A stretch of 64,000 nt of DNA, from contig JBGARZ010000005.1 in the NCBI GenBank assembly GCA_044229975.1, forward strand, positions 160,001-224,000. Direction: 5' to 3'. The DNA is from Polyangiales bacterium (GTDB lineage: Bacteria; Myxococcota_A; Polyangia; Polyangiales; Ga0077539). Below, piece by piece: positions 41,758-51,000 of the stretch. Both the position numbers and the translations under genes were made by a program. The first letter of the stretch is position 1. Each line of letters opens with the position of its first letter. The notes under the pieces were generated by a model that had not been told where the DNA came from, searched no databases, and worked only from the letters and a program-made list of their open reading frames with translations.

Positions 41758-43652
41758 GGTCCCAATGACACCGTCACCTGTCCGCCATTCCCCACCGTGA
41801 CGCGCGCGGGCTCGGTGCCCAGCACGTTGACCAGCTCGGTTCCTTCCGGCTGGCTCACCGTCATCGCGTTGCCGCCCGTGCGCGTCGTGCTCGTCTCCGC
41901 CGTCTCACCCTTCGCGTGAATCACCACCAGCGCGTAGTTGGCCCCGTCCACGCGCTCGTACGCCATCATCCCGGCGTCCTGCTCCGCGCCCGTGTGGGCC
42001 GTGGTCCAGCGCACCGACATGCCGCCGCGGCGCAGCGCGGGGTACGTGCGACGCGCCGCAATGAGCCGACGGATCCACCCGAAGGTGCTCACCGAGCCGT
42101 CGGGGCGGGTCTCGCGCGTGGGGTAGCCGGTGTCCCAGAGGCGCTCGCGGTTGGACGGATCATTGCCACCACGGAAGTCCTGCTCGGTGCCATAATAGAT
42201 GCAGGGGATGCCGTCTTCGGTGAGCAGATACGACAGCGCCGCCAGCATGCGCGGGCGGAAGCGCTCGACGTCCGCGGGGTTGTCGATGTCCACGAGCCCG
42301 CTGGAGCAGTTGGGCCCCACGTTGTTGGGGTTCATTCCATAGAGGAAGCGGGAGACGTCATGGTTGTCCATGAAGTTGACCAGCGCCTGGCGCGGCGCGA
42401 CGCCGATGCCCTCGGGCTGCGGCGCCGCGGAGTAGTTGGCCTGGCGGTCGTTGAGCAGCGCCTCGACGGCGGTGGTGTTGCCCGCCCCACACTGGAAGAT
42501 ATCGTCGAAGACCCGGTACTTCTGTGGGAAGTAGAACACCGAGTCCATCTCGTTGGGGTTGGTGTACGAGCCCACCAGCGCGTCGTCGCCGTCGAAGGCT
42601 TCGCCAAACATGAAGAAGCGCCGCTTGCCCGCGCGCGCGGCCCGCTGGCGGATCTGCGATCCGAAGTACTGCCAGAAGCCGTGCTCGACGTGCTTGAGCG
42701 TGTCGATGCGGAAGCCATCGATGTCGGTGAGCTCGACCCAGCGCCAGTACGCCTCGACCATCGCGAGGCGCACCCGCGGGTCTTCGGTGTTGACGTCCTT
42801 GAGGCCGCCCGGGAAGTCGCCGAGGAGCGTCTGCTCCCCCGGCTCGCCGGGGCCGTGGTCGTAGGAGACGATGCGCCCGCGACGGTGATAGCCGTCGGGC
42901 CTCGCCAGGATCGCTTGCGAGGCGAGGATGTCCGAGCGCGGCGGCGTGCGGAAGATCTCCGGCATGTTGAGGAAGATGACCGGCGCGTCGCCCGCGGGGC
43001 CGAGTGAGGTAAACGCCTGCACCGGGCCGCGGAGGTTGTAGTCGGGGTCGTACTCGGTGACGCGCGAGATGGGGGAGCTGGCGCCGCCGGGGTTCTGGAA
43101 GCCCGACACGGTGCCGCTGCCGCCGAGAAACTCGTCGGGCCGGCCGTTGTTGTTGATGTCGTAGAAGAACATCTGACCCATGTGGTTGGTCACGATGTCG
43201 ACGATGACCTTCATCCCCCGGTCGTGGCAGGCGCGCACGAGGCGCCGCAGCGTGGCGATGTCGCCGAAGTGGGGGTTGGGGAGCGTGAGGTCCGACGCCC
43301 AGTAGCCGTGGTAGCCGTCGAAGCCCGCGTCGGTGTCGACGTTGCGGACGACGGGCGAGATCCAGAGCGTGGTGACGCCGAGGCGCTGGAGGTAGGGGAG
43401 CTGCTGCTCGACGCCGAGCCAGTCGCCGCCCTGGTAGCGGCCGAGCGAGCTGCGGTCGACGCGCACGTCGTTGCCCGTGTCGCCGTTGGCGAAGCGATCG
43501 ACCAGGAGCTGGTAGATGACCTCGTCGCGCCAGTCGTCGACGTGCGTCGCGAGCGGCTGCTGCGTGTAGTCGTCGATCTCGCCGAGGCACGAGGCCCCGC
43601 CGAGGAGGGTGCCGATCAGGCCGACGGTCGCGAAGAGTCCTCGGAGCCTCAC
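41715..43652 (-). CDS. GH13 alpha-amylase family lipoprotein
   Basis: DWRDEVIYQLLVDRFANGD, YHGYW, DIVTNH, DGFRIDT (nucleophile), GEAF (acid/base) and NHD. Confidence 0.95.
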   Translation of the reverse strand: MRLRGLFATVGLIGTLLGGASCLGEIDDYTQQPLATHVDDWRDEVIYQLLVDRFANGDTGNDVRVDRSSLGRYQGGDWLGVEQQLPYLQRLGVTTLWISPVVRNVDTDAGFDGYHGYWASDLTLPNPHFGDIATLRRLVRACHDRGMKVIVDIVTNHMGQMFFYDINNNGRPDEFLGGSGTVSGFQNPGGASSPISRVTEYDPDYNLRGPVQAFTSLGPAGDAPVIFLNMPEIFRTPPRSDILASQAILARPDGYHRRGRIVSYDHGPGEPGEQTLLGDFPGGLKDVNTEDPRVRLAMVEAYWRWVELTDIDGFRIDTLKHVEHGFWQYFGSQIRQRAARAGKRRFFMFGEAFDGDDALVGSYTNPNEMDSVFYFPQKYRVFDDIFQCGAGNTTAVEALLNDRQANYSAAPQPEGIGVAPRQALVNFMDNHDVSRFLYGMNPNNVGPNCSSGLVDIDNPADVERFRPRMLAALSYLLTEDGIPCIYYGTEQDFRGGNDPSNRERLWDTGYPTRETRPDGSVSTFGWIRRLIAARRTYPALRRGGMSVRWTTAHTGAEQDAGMMAYERVDGANYALVVIHAKGETAETSTTRTGGNAMTVSQPEGTELVNVLGTEPARVTVGNGGQVTVSLGPWQSAVFVPRSQVR

Positions 43653-43730
43653 GCGGCCGAACGTAACCCGCGGGGGGAGAGCGGGGGAAGCTTCAGGAAG
43701 GGAGCGTGGCGGGGAGGAGTCGGGCCCTGC

Positions 43731-46700
43731 TCAGCGGCAGCCGGCGGCCCAGAGCACGGCGTTGGTGTAGAGCCGCGTCGTATTGGGGTCGGTGGTCCAG
43801 AGGATGCCGGCGCTCCCGCCCTCGCTGTACTGGGTCGCGATCGCGATCTGCACGACGCGGCCGTTGGGGCTCGCGCGCACTGCCACGCCGATGCCGCCTG
43901 CCTCGGCGCTCGTGGCGATGGTCGAACCGCCGTTGACCAGCGAGCCCGAGATGTTGCTCCCCACCGCGACGGCGGTCGCGAACGAGGCCGGGAGGCCCGC
44001 CCAGATCGGGTGCGACACCGTGTTGGTGAACGAGAGCGTCGCGATGGTGCCGCTCGCCCGCGTGAAGAGCATCAGCGGATCGAGCGTCACCCAACGTCCG
44101 CCCTGGCGGTGGTTGGCGGCCCACTCGCTCAGCACCACGCCGCGCCCCGCCGCCTGCGCGGCCACGATCGCGGCCTGACCGGCCGTGGGCATGTCGACCG
44201 CGTAGCGGTTGCCCACCACCGGGACGATGACGCCGAAGCCGGTCGCCGCGGGCGTGCCCGTGTACGTGACGACGCCGTTGTCGATCAGCGTCGGGTTGAG
44301 CCCCGCCGCGCGGAGCGCCGTCACCATCTCGGCGTCGCGCGCCGACTGGTCCGACCCCAGCACCAGCACGGTGTTGTTGCAGCCCAGGCAGACGCCCGCG
44401 CTGCACGAGCCCGCGCAGACCGCCCCGCACACGCCGCAGTTGGAGTTGCTCGTGCGGGTGTCGACCTCGCAGCCGTTGGACGCGACGCCGTCGCAGTCCG
44501 CGAAGCCCACGTTGCACGTGAACCCGCAGCGCCCGGCGGCGCAGGTCGCCACCGACGCGTTGGCCGGAACCGGGCACACCGTCCCGCACGCCCCGCAGCG
44601 AGCCGGGTTGGTCGCGATGTTGGCCTCGCAGCCGTTGGACGCGACGCCGTCGCAGTCCGCCAGCCCCGAGTCGCAGGTCGACTGGCAGGCGCTCGACACG
44701 CAGCTCGCGGTCGCCCCGGTGCGGGCCGGGCACACCGTCCCGCAGGCGCCGCAGTTGGACACGTCGTTGGACGTGTTGGCGCAGCTCCCGCCGCAGGTCA
44801 CCAGCGGCGCGAGGCAGCTCACCTGGCAGGTTCCGCCCGAGCAGACCTGGCCCGAGGCGCACGCGCGCGAGCACATCCCGCAGTGCGCCCGGTCGGTCTG
44901 CAGGTCGCGGCACGCGCCCGAGCACACCGTCTGCCCCGTCACGCACGACAGGGTGCACGTCCCCGCCGCGCAGATCTCCCCGGCCCCACACGCCCGCGCG
45001 CAGGCCCCGCAGTTGTTGCGGTCGCTCTGCAGGTCGCGGCACGACCCGCTGCACGCGTTGAGACCCGCCGCGCACGACAGGGTGCAGGTGCCCGCCACGC
45101 AGATCTCACCCGCGCCGCACGCCCGCGCGCACGCTCCGCAGTTGGCCCGATCGGTCTGCAGGTCGCGGCACGACCCGCCGCACGCGTTGAGCCCCGTCGC
45201 GCACGACAGGGTGCAGGTGCCCGCCACGCAGATCTCGCCCGCGCCGCAGGCGCGCGAGCACACGCCGCAGTGGGCGCGGTCGGTCTGCAGGTCGCGGCAC
45301 GCGCCCGAGCACTCCGCGAGGCCCGCGGCGCAGGAGGTCACGCACGACCCGCCGAGGCACACCTGGCCGCCCAGGCACACGCGTCCGCAGGCGCCGCAGT
45401 GGGCGCGGTCGGTCTGCAGATCACGGCAGATGCCGTCGCAGTTGGTCTGCAGCGGGTTGCAGGTGACCACGCACCCGCCGGCCGAGCAGATCTGGCCCGA
45501 CGGGCACATGCGCCCGCACATCCCGCAGTGGGCGCGGTCGGTCTGCAGGTCACGGCAGACGCCCGAGCAGTTGGCGAGGCCACCGCCGCACGAGAGCGTA
45601 CACGCCCCGGCCGTGCACACCTCGCCGGCGGCGCAGGCGCGGCCGCACATCCCGCAGTTGGCGGTGTCGGTCTGGAGGTCGCGGCAGACGCCCGAGCAGT
45701 TGTTGGTGCCCGCGCCGCAGCTCACCTGGCAGGCGCCCGCCGAGCACACCTGGCCGCTCGCGCAGACGCGGCCGCACATCCCGCAGTTGGCGAGGTCGGT
45801 CTGGAGGTCACGGCAGACGCCTTCGCAGTTGGCGAGGCCGGTGCCGCACGACACCTCGCAGATGCTCCGCGAGCAGACCCGGCCAGCGGCGCAGGGCATC
45901 GCGCACCCGCCGCAGTTGGCCCGGTCGGTCTCGAGGTCGCGGCAGGCGCCGTCGCAGTTGGTGGTCCCCGCCGCACAGCTCACGCGGCACACGCCGCCGG
46001 AGCAGAGCTGACCCGCGGCGCACGACGTCCCGCACGCGCCGCAGTGGTTGGAGTCGGTCTGCAGGTCACGGCACGCGCCGCCGCAGGTCACCTGGCCCCC
46101 GCCGCAGGAGAGCTCGCAGCTCCCCATGGCGCAGACCTGGCCCGACGCGCAGGCCGTCCCGCACGCGCCACAGTTGGCGCGGTCGCTCTGGAGGTCGCGG
46201 CAGGTGCCGTCGCAGTTGGTGGTCCCGGCGGTGCAGGTCACGCGGCACATCCCGCCGGAGCAGAGCTGACCCGCCGGGCACGCCGTCCCGCACGCGCCGC
46301 AGTTGGCGTTGTCGGTGTCGGTGTCGCGGCAGCTCCCGCCGCAGCTCGTGAGCCCGGCGACGCAGCTCACCTGGCACGAGCCCATGGAGCACACCTGGCC
46401 CGTCGCGCACGCCGTCCCGCACGCGCCACAGTTGGCGCGGTCGGTCTGCAGGTCGCGGCACACGCCGCCGCAGGTCGTCTGGCCGGAGAGGCAGCTCACC
46501 ACGCAGAGCCCGCCCTCGCAGACGTTGCCCGAGGGGCACGCCGTCCCGCACGCGCCGCAGTTGAGGCGGTCGGTCTGAAGGTCGGCGCAGAAGGCCCCCG
46601 CGCCCGCGTCGGCGCCAGCGTCACTCGCGCCGCCGCAGCGAGCGAGGCGCGCCCCGCACTCCACGCCGCACTGGCCCTCGGCGCACACCAGGCCGGCCGC

Positions 46701-47045
46701 GCAGGACGCCCCGCAGGCGCCGCAGTTGGCGCGGTCGGTGCGGATCGTCACGCACTGGCCGCCGCAGTTCTGCTGGCCGGTCGGGCACGCCACCGCGCAG
46801 GCCCCGGCGGTGCACACCTGGCCGCCCGGACAGCGGGTGCCGCAGGCGCCGCAGTGGTCGCGGTCGGTCTGGAGGTCGACGCACTGGCCGCTGCACGCGG
46901 CCTGCGGCGCGGTGCACTGCGGGCCGATGTCGGTGGTCGCATCGATGCCGGCGTCGCCGCCACCGCCGACCACGGGACTGCCGGGACTACAGCTCTGTAT
47001 CGCGAGCGCGACCGCCAACAGGACCCAAACGCTGACCACTCTCAT
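43731..47045 (-). CDS. Cys-rich tandem-repeat surface lipoprotein (myxobacterial DLQTD..CG.CG repeat)
   Basis: Lipobox AIQSC, about 19 Cys-rich units (most 43 aa/129 bp), and a C-terminal globular domain of about 210 aa. Confidence 0.9.
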   Translation of the reverse strand: MRVVSVWVLLAVALAIQSCSPGSPVVGGGGDAGIDATTDIGPQCTAPQAACSGQCVDLQTDRDHCGACGTRCPGGQVCTAGACAVACPTGQQNCGGQCVTIRTDRANCGACGASCAAGLVCAEGQCGVECGARLARCGGASDAGADAGAGAFCADLQTDRLNCGACGTACPSGNVCEGGLCVVSCLSGQTTCGGVCRDLQTDRANCGACGTACATGQVCSMGSCQVSCVAGLTSCGGSCRDTDTDNANCGACGTACPAGQLCSGGMCRVTCTAGTTNCDGTCRDLQSDRANCGACGTACASGQVCAMGSCELSCGGGQVTCGGACRDLQTDSNHCGACGTSCAAGQLCSGGVCRVSCAAGTTNCDGACRDLETDRANCGGCAMPCAAGRVCSRSICEVSCGTGLANCEGVCRDLQTDLANCGMCGRVCASGQVCSAGACQVSCGAGTNNCSGVCRDLQTDTANCGMCGRACAAGEVCTAGACTLSCGGGLANCSGVCRDLQTDRAHCGMCGRMCPSGQICSAGGCVVTCNPLQTNCDGICRDLQTDRAHCGACGRVCLGGQVCLGGSCVTSCAAGLAECSGACRDLQTDRAHCGVCSRACGAGEICVAGTCTLSCATGLNACGGSCRDLQTDRANCGACARACGAGEICVAGTCTLSCAAGLNACSGSCRDLQSDRNNCGACARACGAGEICAAGTCTLSCVTGQTVCSGACRDLQTDRAHCGMCSRACASGQVCSGGTCQVSCLAPLVTCGGSCANTSNDVSNCGACGTVCPARTGATASCVSSACQSTCDSGLADCDGVASNGCEANIATNPARCGACGTVCPVPANASVATCAAGRCGFTCNVGFADCDGVASNGCEVDTRTSNSNCGVCGAVCAGSCSAGVCLGCNNTVLVLGSDQSARDAEMVTALRAAGLNPTLIDNGVVTYTGTPAATGFGVIVPVVGNRYAVDMPTAGQAAIVAAQAAGRGVVLSEWAANHRQGGRWVTLDPLMLFTRASGTIATLSFTNTVSHPIWAGLPASFATAVAVGSNISGSLVNGGSTIATSAEAGGIGVAVRASPNGRVVQIAIATQYSEGGSAGILWTTDPNTTRLYTNAVLWAAGCR

Positions 47046-47168
47046 GTCACGGACCTTTCTCTGCTTCAGGGACGAAGGGCGGGACGCACGACGCGCCGCC
47101 CGCGCGCCTCGTTGATACCTGAATCGAGCGGCCTCCGTGGGCCTTGCCGCGGATCGACGCGGAAGCGC

Positions 47169-47582
47169 TCAGCGAGGCGCGGCGCCGTAGCGTTCGACGA
47201 TCTCCTGCGCGAGGCGACGCAGCAACGCGCCTCCGTGGCTGCTCACGTGAAGCTCCAGGCCGGGGATGAGCACGACGCGCTCCCATGCCTCTCCCGCGAA
47301 GCCTGCGACGAGTGTTGCGGTGGCCGCGGGGACGACCGGCGCGGGGACCTCGGCCGCCAGCCGCTGCCGGATCTTCCCCAGTGAGAGGTGTTGATCGCGC
47401 AGCTTCACGATGGCCAGGAGGCGATCGCGGTGCCCCGCCGGGTAGCGTGTCGCGGGGCCGCGTCGCTCGGGCGGGGCGATGACACCGGCGTGCGTCCAGC
47501 GACGCAGGGTGCGGCGGGAGACACCGGTCCCCTTCACGAGTTCGTCGAAGCTGAGCGTCGGCAGCAGGGCAGCGGCGGTCAT
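47169..47582 (-). CDS. MerR-family HTH protein
   Basis: LSFDELVKGTGVSRRTLRRWTHAGVIAPP...RY...LSLGKIR, and C-terminal WERVVLIPGLELHV. Confidence 0.85.
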   Translation of the reverse strand: MTAAALLPTLSFDELVKGTGVSRRTLRRWTHAGVIAPPERRGPATRYPAGHRDRLLAIVKLRDQHLSLGKIRQRLAAEVPAPVVPAATATLVAGFAGEAWERVVLIPGLELHVSSHGGALLRRLAQEIVERYGAAPR

Positions 47583-47597
47583 CGCGCGATGTCACCC

Positions 47598-47830
47598 GAG
47601 GAGGCGATCGAGGTCAACCCGAGGGCATCGCGAGGTCGAACGAGAGCCTATCGAGGATCACCGAACAGATCCCACGGTCTTTCGAGAGCCTATCGAGGCT
47701 GACCGGGAGGATTCTGAAGTCGTATTGGGAGGCAATCGAGGTCATCAACTCGGTTCGTGAAGTCAAAACCGACCCTATTCAGGTCACTATTGGACTTCCG
47801 ATGGTCGTCCGGGAGCTCATCGAGGTCACC
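47598..47830. repeat. Degenerate periodic array (about 42-43-bp period, 21-bp sub-period)
   Basis: ATCGAGG core at 47607, 47650, 47692, 47735 and 47819, with variant ATTCAGG at 47777. CGAGAGCCTATCGAGG is exactly repeated at 47641 and 47683. Confidence 0.7.
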
Positions 47831-48079
47831 GCTGCTGCTGGCGCCGAGTGCCTTCCACGACCGCGCGGCCGCGACCGGGGAGTGGACGCACGTCGGCCCG
47901 CCACAGGCGGCGGCCGGCGTGGGTGGCGGGTTGCGCACCCCGCGACCGCGCCGATCGGCACCGCGGCGACGGGCGCGTAGCAGTGGACCTGCGGCTCTCC
48001 ATTGACCGGGGAGCTGGAGGGACCAGCGACCCGGCGGCCATGACACCTCTCCTCAAAGAACACCGCCGACGGCGCCGGC

Positions 48080-51000
48080 TCACCGCAACGCCACGCGCGC
48101 CGCCAACAACACCAGCGCGACCACCGCCACCACCACCGCGACCGTCCGCCACCGCGCAAGGTTCCTCGCCCGCTTGAGCGCCGCGGCCGACCCCGTCATC
48201 GCCGCGCGCACCCCCGGAAACCCCGCGCCCTCCGCCCGCGCCAGCAGCAACGCCACGTCGCCCTCCGCCCCGCGCGCCAGCAGCGCCACGGCCTGCGCCT
48301 CGAAGCGTCGCCCGAGCTCGTCCGCCAGCGTCGTCCCGTCGGCGTCGTCGGGCGCCGCCGCGTACAGCTCCTTCAGCAGGTCGATCGCGCGACCGTCGAG
48401 CCCGCGTTGCAGCGCCGTGCGCGCGTCTTCGGCCAGCGCCCACGAGGCCCGCTTGTTGAGCCGTCGACCCGCCACCCGCTCGGCCTGCACCAGCCGCGCG
48501 ACCGCGTCGGGCCAGCGCACCGCCACGCCTCTCTCAGCCAACCGCTGCGCCTCGTAGAGCTCGCCGCGCTCGGCCATCGCCAGCACCGCACCACCGAGCG
48601 CCGTCGCCGCGTCGCGGGCGCCCGCATGACCAGGGTCTTCCGCCGCGAGCGCGACCAGCCGATCGATGGCCGCGTCGAGTGAGTCCGTCGCAATCAACGA
48701 CCTCACCGCCTCCACCGCCGCATCCGTGGCGACGTCCAGCGGCGAGCGCTCGGCCCACACCTGCCGCCGCGCGCCATGAACCCACAGCACATACGCCTGG
48801 TCGGCCACCCGCACCTGCAAGCGCCACGCGGGGTAGCGCCACACCACCACCTGCTGCCGCGTCACCCGCTGCCCTGGCGCCGCGCGCGCCGTCTCCGCCG
48901 TCAGCAGGTCGGCCAGCGCCGCGCCGAGGTGGTCGTGCGGGAGCTCGCGCGCCAACGCCGCCGGATCGATGGCGTCGGCCTCGACATGCACCACCGCCGT
49001 CGCCTCGCTACCGGATACACCGACCTCGGCCACGAGCGCGTCGGGCAGACCCACCGTCACCGCGGCGCGGGCCCGCACGCCGAGCACCGACTGAAGCACC
49101 CACGGCCGCGTCTCCGCCTCACCGGTCGCCGCGCAGGTCGGGCACGGCGTCTGGCCTGCGCCCTCGCACGCGCGACACGCGACGCGGCCGAGGGTGCAGC
49201 CGCCGCACGACACGTCGCCGCGGCCCTCGCACTGCTGACAGCGACGACTGCCGCCGCCGGGCGCGAGCACCTCGCCGTTGCCGCCACAACGACCGCAGCG
49301 TGCGCGGCCGTAGCCGCTGCACCGCGAGCAGACGAGGGTTCCGACCGCGTCGCAGGAGGGGCAGCGGAGGTGACCGGCGCGCGGGCCGTCGACGCAGCGG
49401 GGGCAGGGGCCGCGACGCGGAGCGAGGGCGAGCGGGGCGTCGGTGGAGAGGCGGTCCCAGGTGTCGACGGCGCCGAGTTCGAGCAGCCACGGATCGACCG
49501 CGTCGTCGCCCTCGCCCAGCGCCTCGGCGCCCACCGCCACGGCGTCCGTGTCCTCGCCTTCGCCGACGACCCGGCGCTCCACGGTGCGCGTCTCCAGCCG
49601 TGTCGCGACGTGCGCCTCGAAGGCCGGAACCATCGTCACCGCGTCGACCACCATCGCCGCGCCGAGCTCCGCCAGCGGGTGCCCCCGGCGCGCGCGCGAC
49701 CACCCGTTGACGGCGTCGCGCAGCACCGCGAGCGCCACGTCGTCGACGCCCTCGTAGGCCACCGCGAGGCGGTCGTACGCGACCTCGTGGCGGTCGAGCG
49801 AGAGCAGCTCCTCGCCGATGCCGTCGTCGGTCCCCTCGGCCGTCGGGTCTTCGGTGAAGCCCTCGTCCACCGCGGGTTCGTCCGCCGCGGGAGCCTTCGA
49901 CGAGGAGCCCTCCAGCCCGACGCGCCGCGCCTCTTCGCGTCGCTCGCGCTCGGCCCTCGACAGCGCGTCGATCTCGGCTTCCGCTCTCGCCTGCGCGGCG
50001 CTCCACTCCGCGGCGACCCGTGCGTCCCTCGCCTCTGCCGCCAGCCGCGCGGCCTCTTCCGAGGCGCGCTCGGCCTCGGCCCGTTGCGTCTCGCCCTCGG
50101 CCAGCGACAGCGCCAGCCGCGCCGCCTCGTCCGCCGTCCGCAGCGCGTCCGCGCGCAGCGACTCCTCCCGCGCCATCAGCTCATCGAGCGTCGCCGTCAG
50201 GTCGATGCGCGCCCTCTCGCGTCGCGCGATCTCCGCCGCCGCCCGCTCGGCCGCGCGCTGCACCTCGGCCGCCGCCGCCCGCTCCGCCGCCCGCAGCGCC
50301 GCCTCGCGCAGCTCGGCTTCCGACCGCGCCAGGGCGCCCTGCGTCTCCTCCTCGGCCGCCTTGCGCGCCGCGGCCCGCCAGCGCGCCTCCAGCTCCGACG
50401 CGTCGACGATGGGGGTCGCCTCGGAGGTCGTTCGCTCTGTCGACAGGGACAGCTCGGCCAGCGCGCGAGCGTGCTCCGCCTCGGCCAGCGCGCGCTCGGC
50501 CTGCATCTGCGCGAGCGCCTGCTCGTGGGTGCGCCGCGCGGCGTCCCGCTCCGACTTGATGCGCGCGATCTCGCGGTCGACCTCGCGTCGCAGCGCATCG
50601 CGGGCCGCCTGCGTGCGCGCCGCCTCGCGCTCGGACTCCACCCGCGACGCCTCTTGCGCGAGCTGCGATCGGGCCGCCTCGCGCTTCGCCGCGATGCGCT
50701 CGCCCTCCTCCACCATCGCCCGCTGCCGCGCCCGGCGCTCGGCCCGCGCCGACTCCTCCGCCAGCGTCTCCGCCAGCGGCGCCGACGGAACCGGCCGCCC
50801 CGTCGCCAGCAGCGCCTCGCGCACCGCCTCGCGCGCGACCGACTCTCCCGCGGCCGCGAGCACCCCGAGCGACGAGGCGTGCCGCGCCGCCCAGAGCAGC
50901 GCCGTCCCCTGCGCCAGCGGATCACCCGGCGCGTCGAGCAGCTCCGACCACACGGCCGGGTCGTTGTGCTCGGCGTCGATGCCGACGAAGCCCACCAGCG

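Noticed and set aside
43182..47384. 1400-aa and 600-aa plus-strand ORFs
   Set aside because: These are antisense shadows of the GC-rich Cys-repeat gene, with Arg/Ala/Pro-rich translations and no motifs.
47598..47830. Canonical CRISPR array
   Set aside because: The repeats are short and degenerate, the spacers echo the repeat, and no cas genes are in the window. It is kept only as a periodic array.
47826..48041. Small ORF after an RBS-like GAGGAGAGG (MAAGSLVPP...)
   Set aside because: The translation is Arg-rich with no recognisable motif, so it cannot be supported as a gene.
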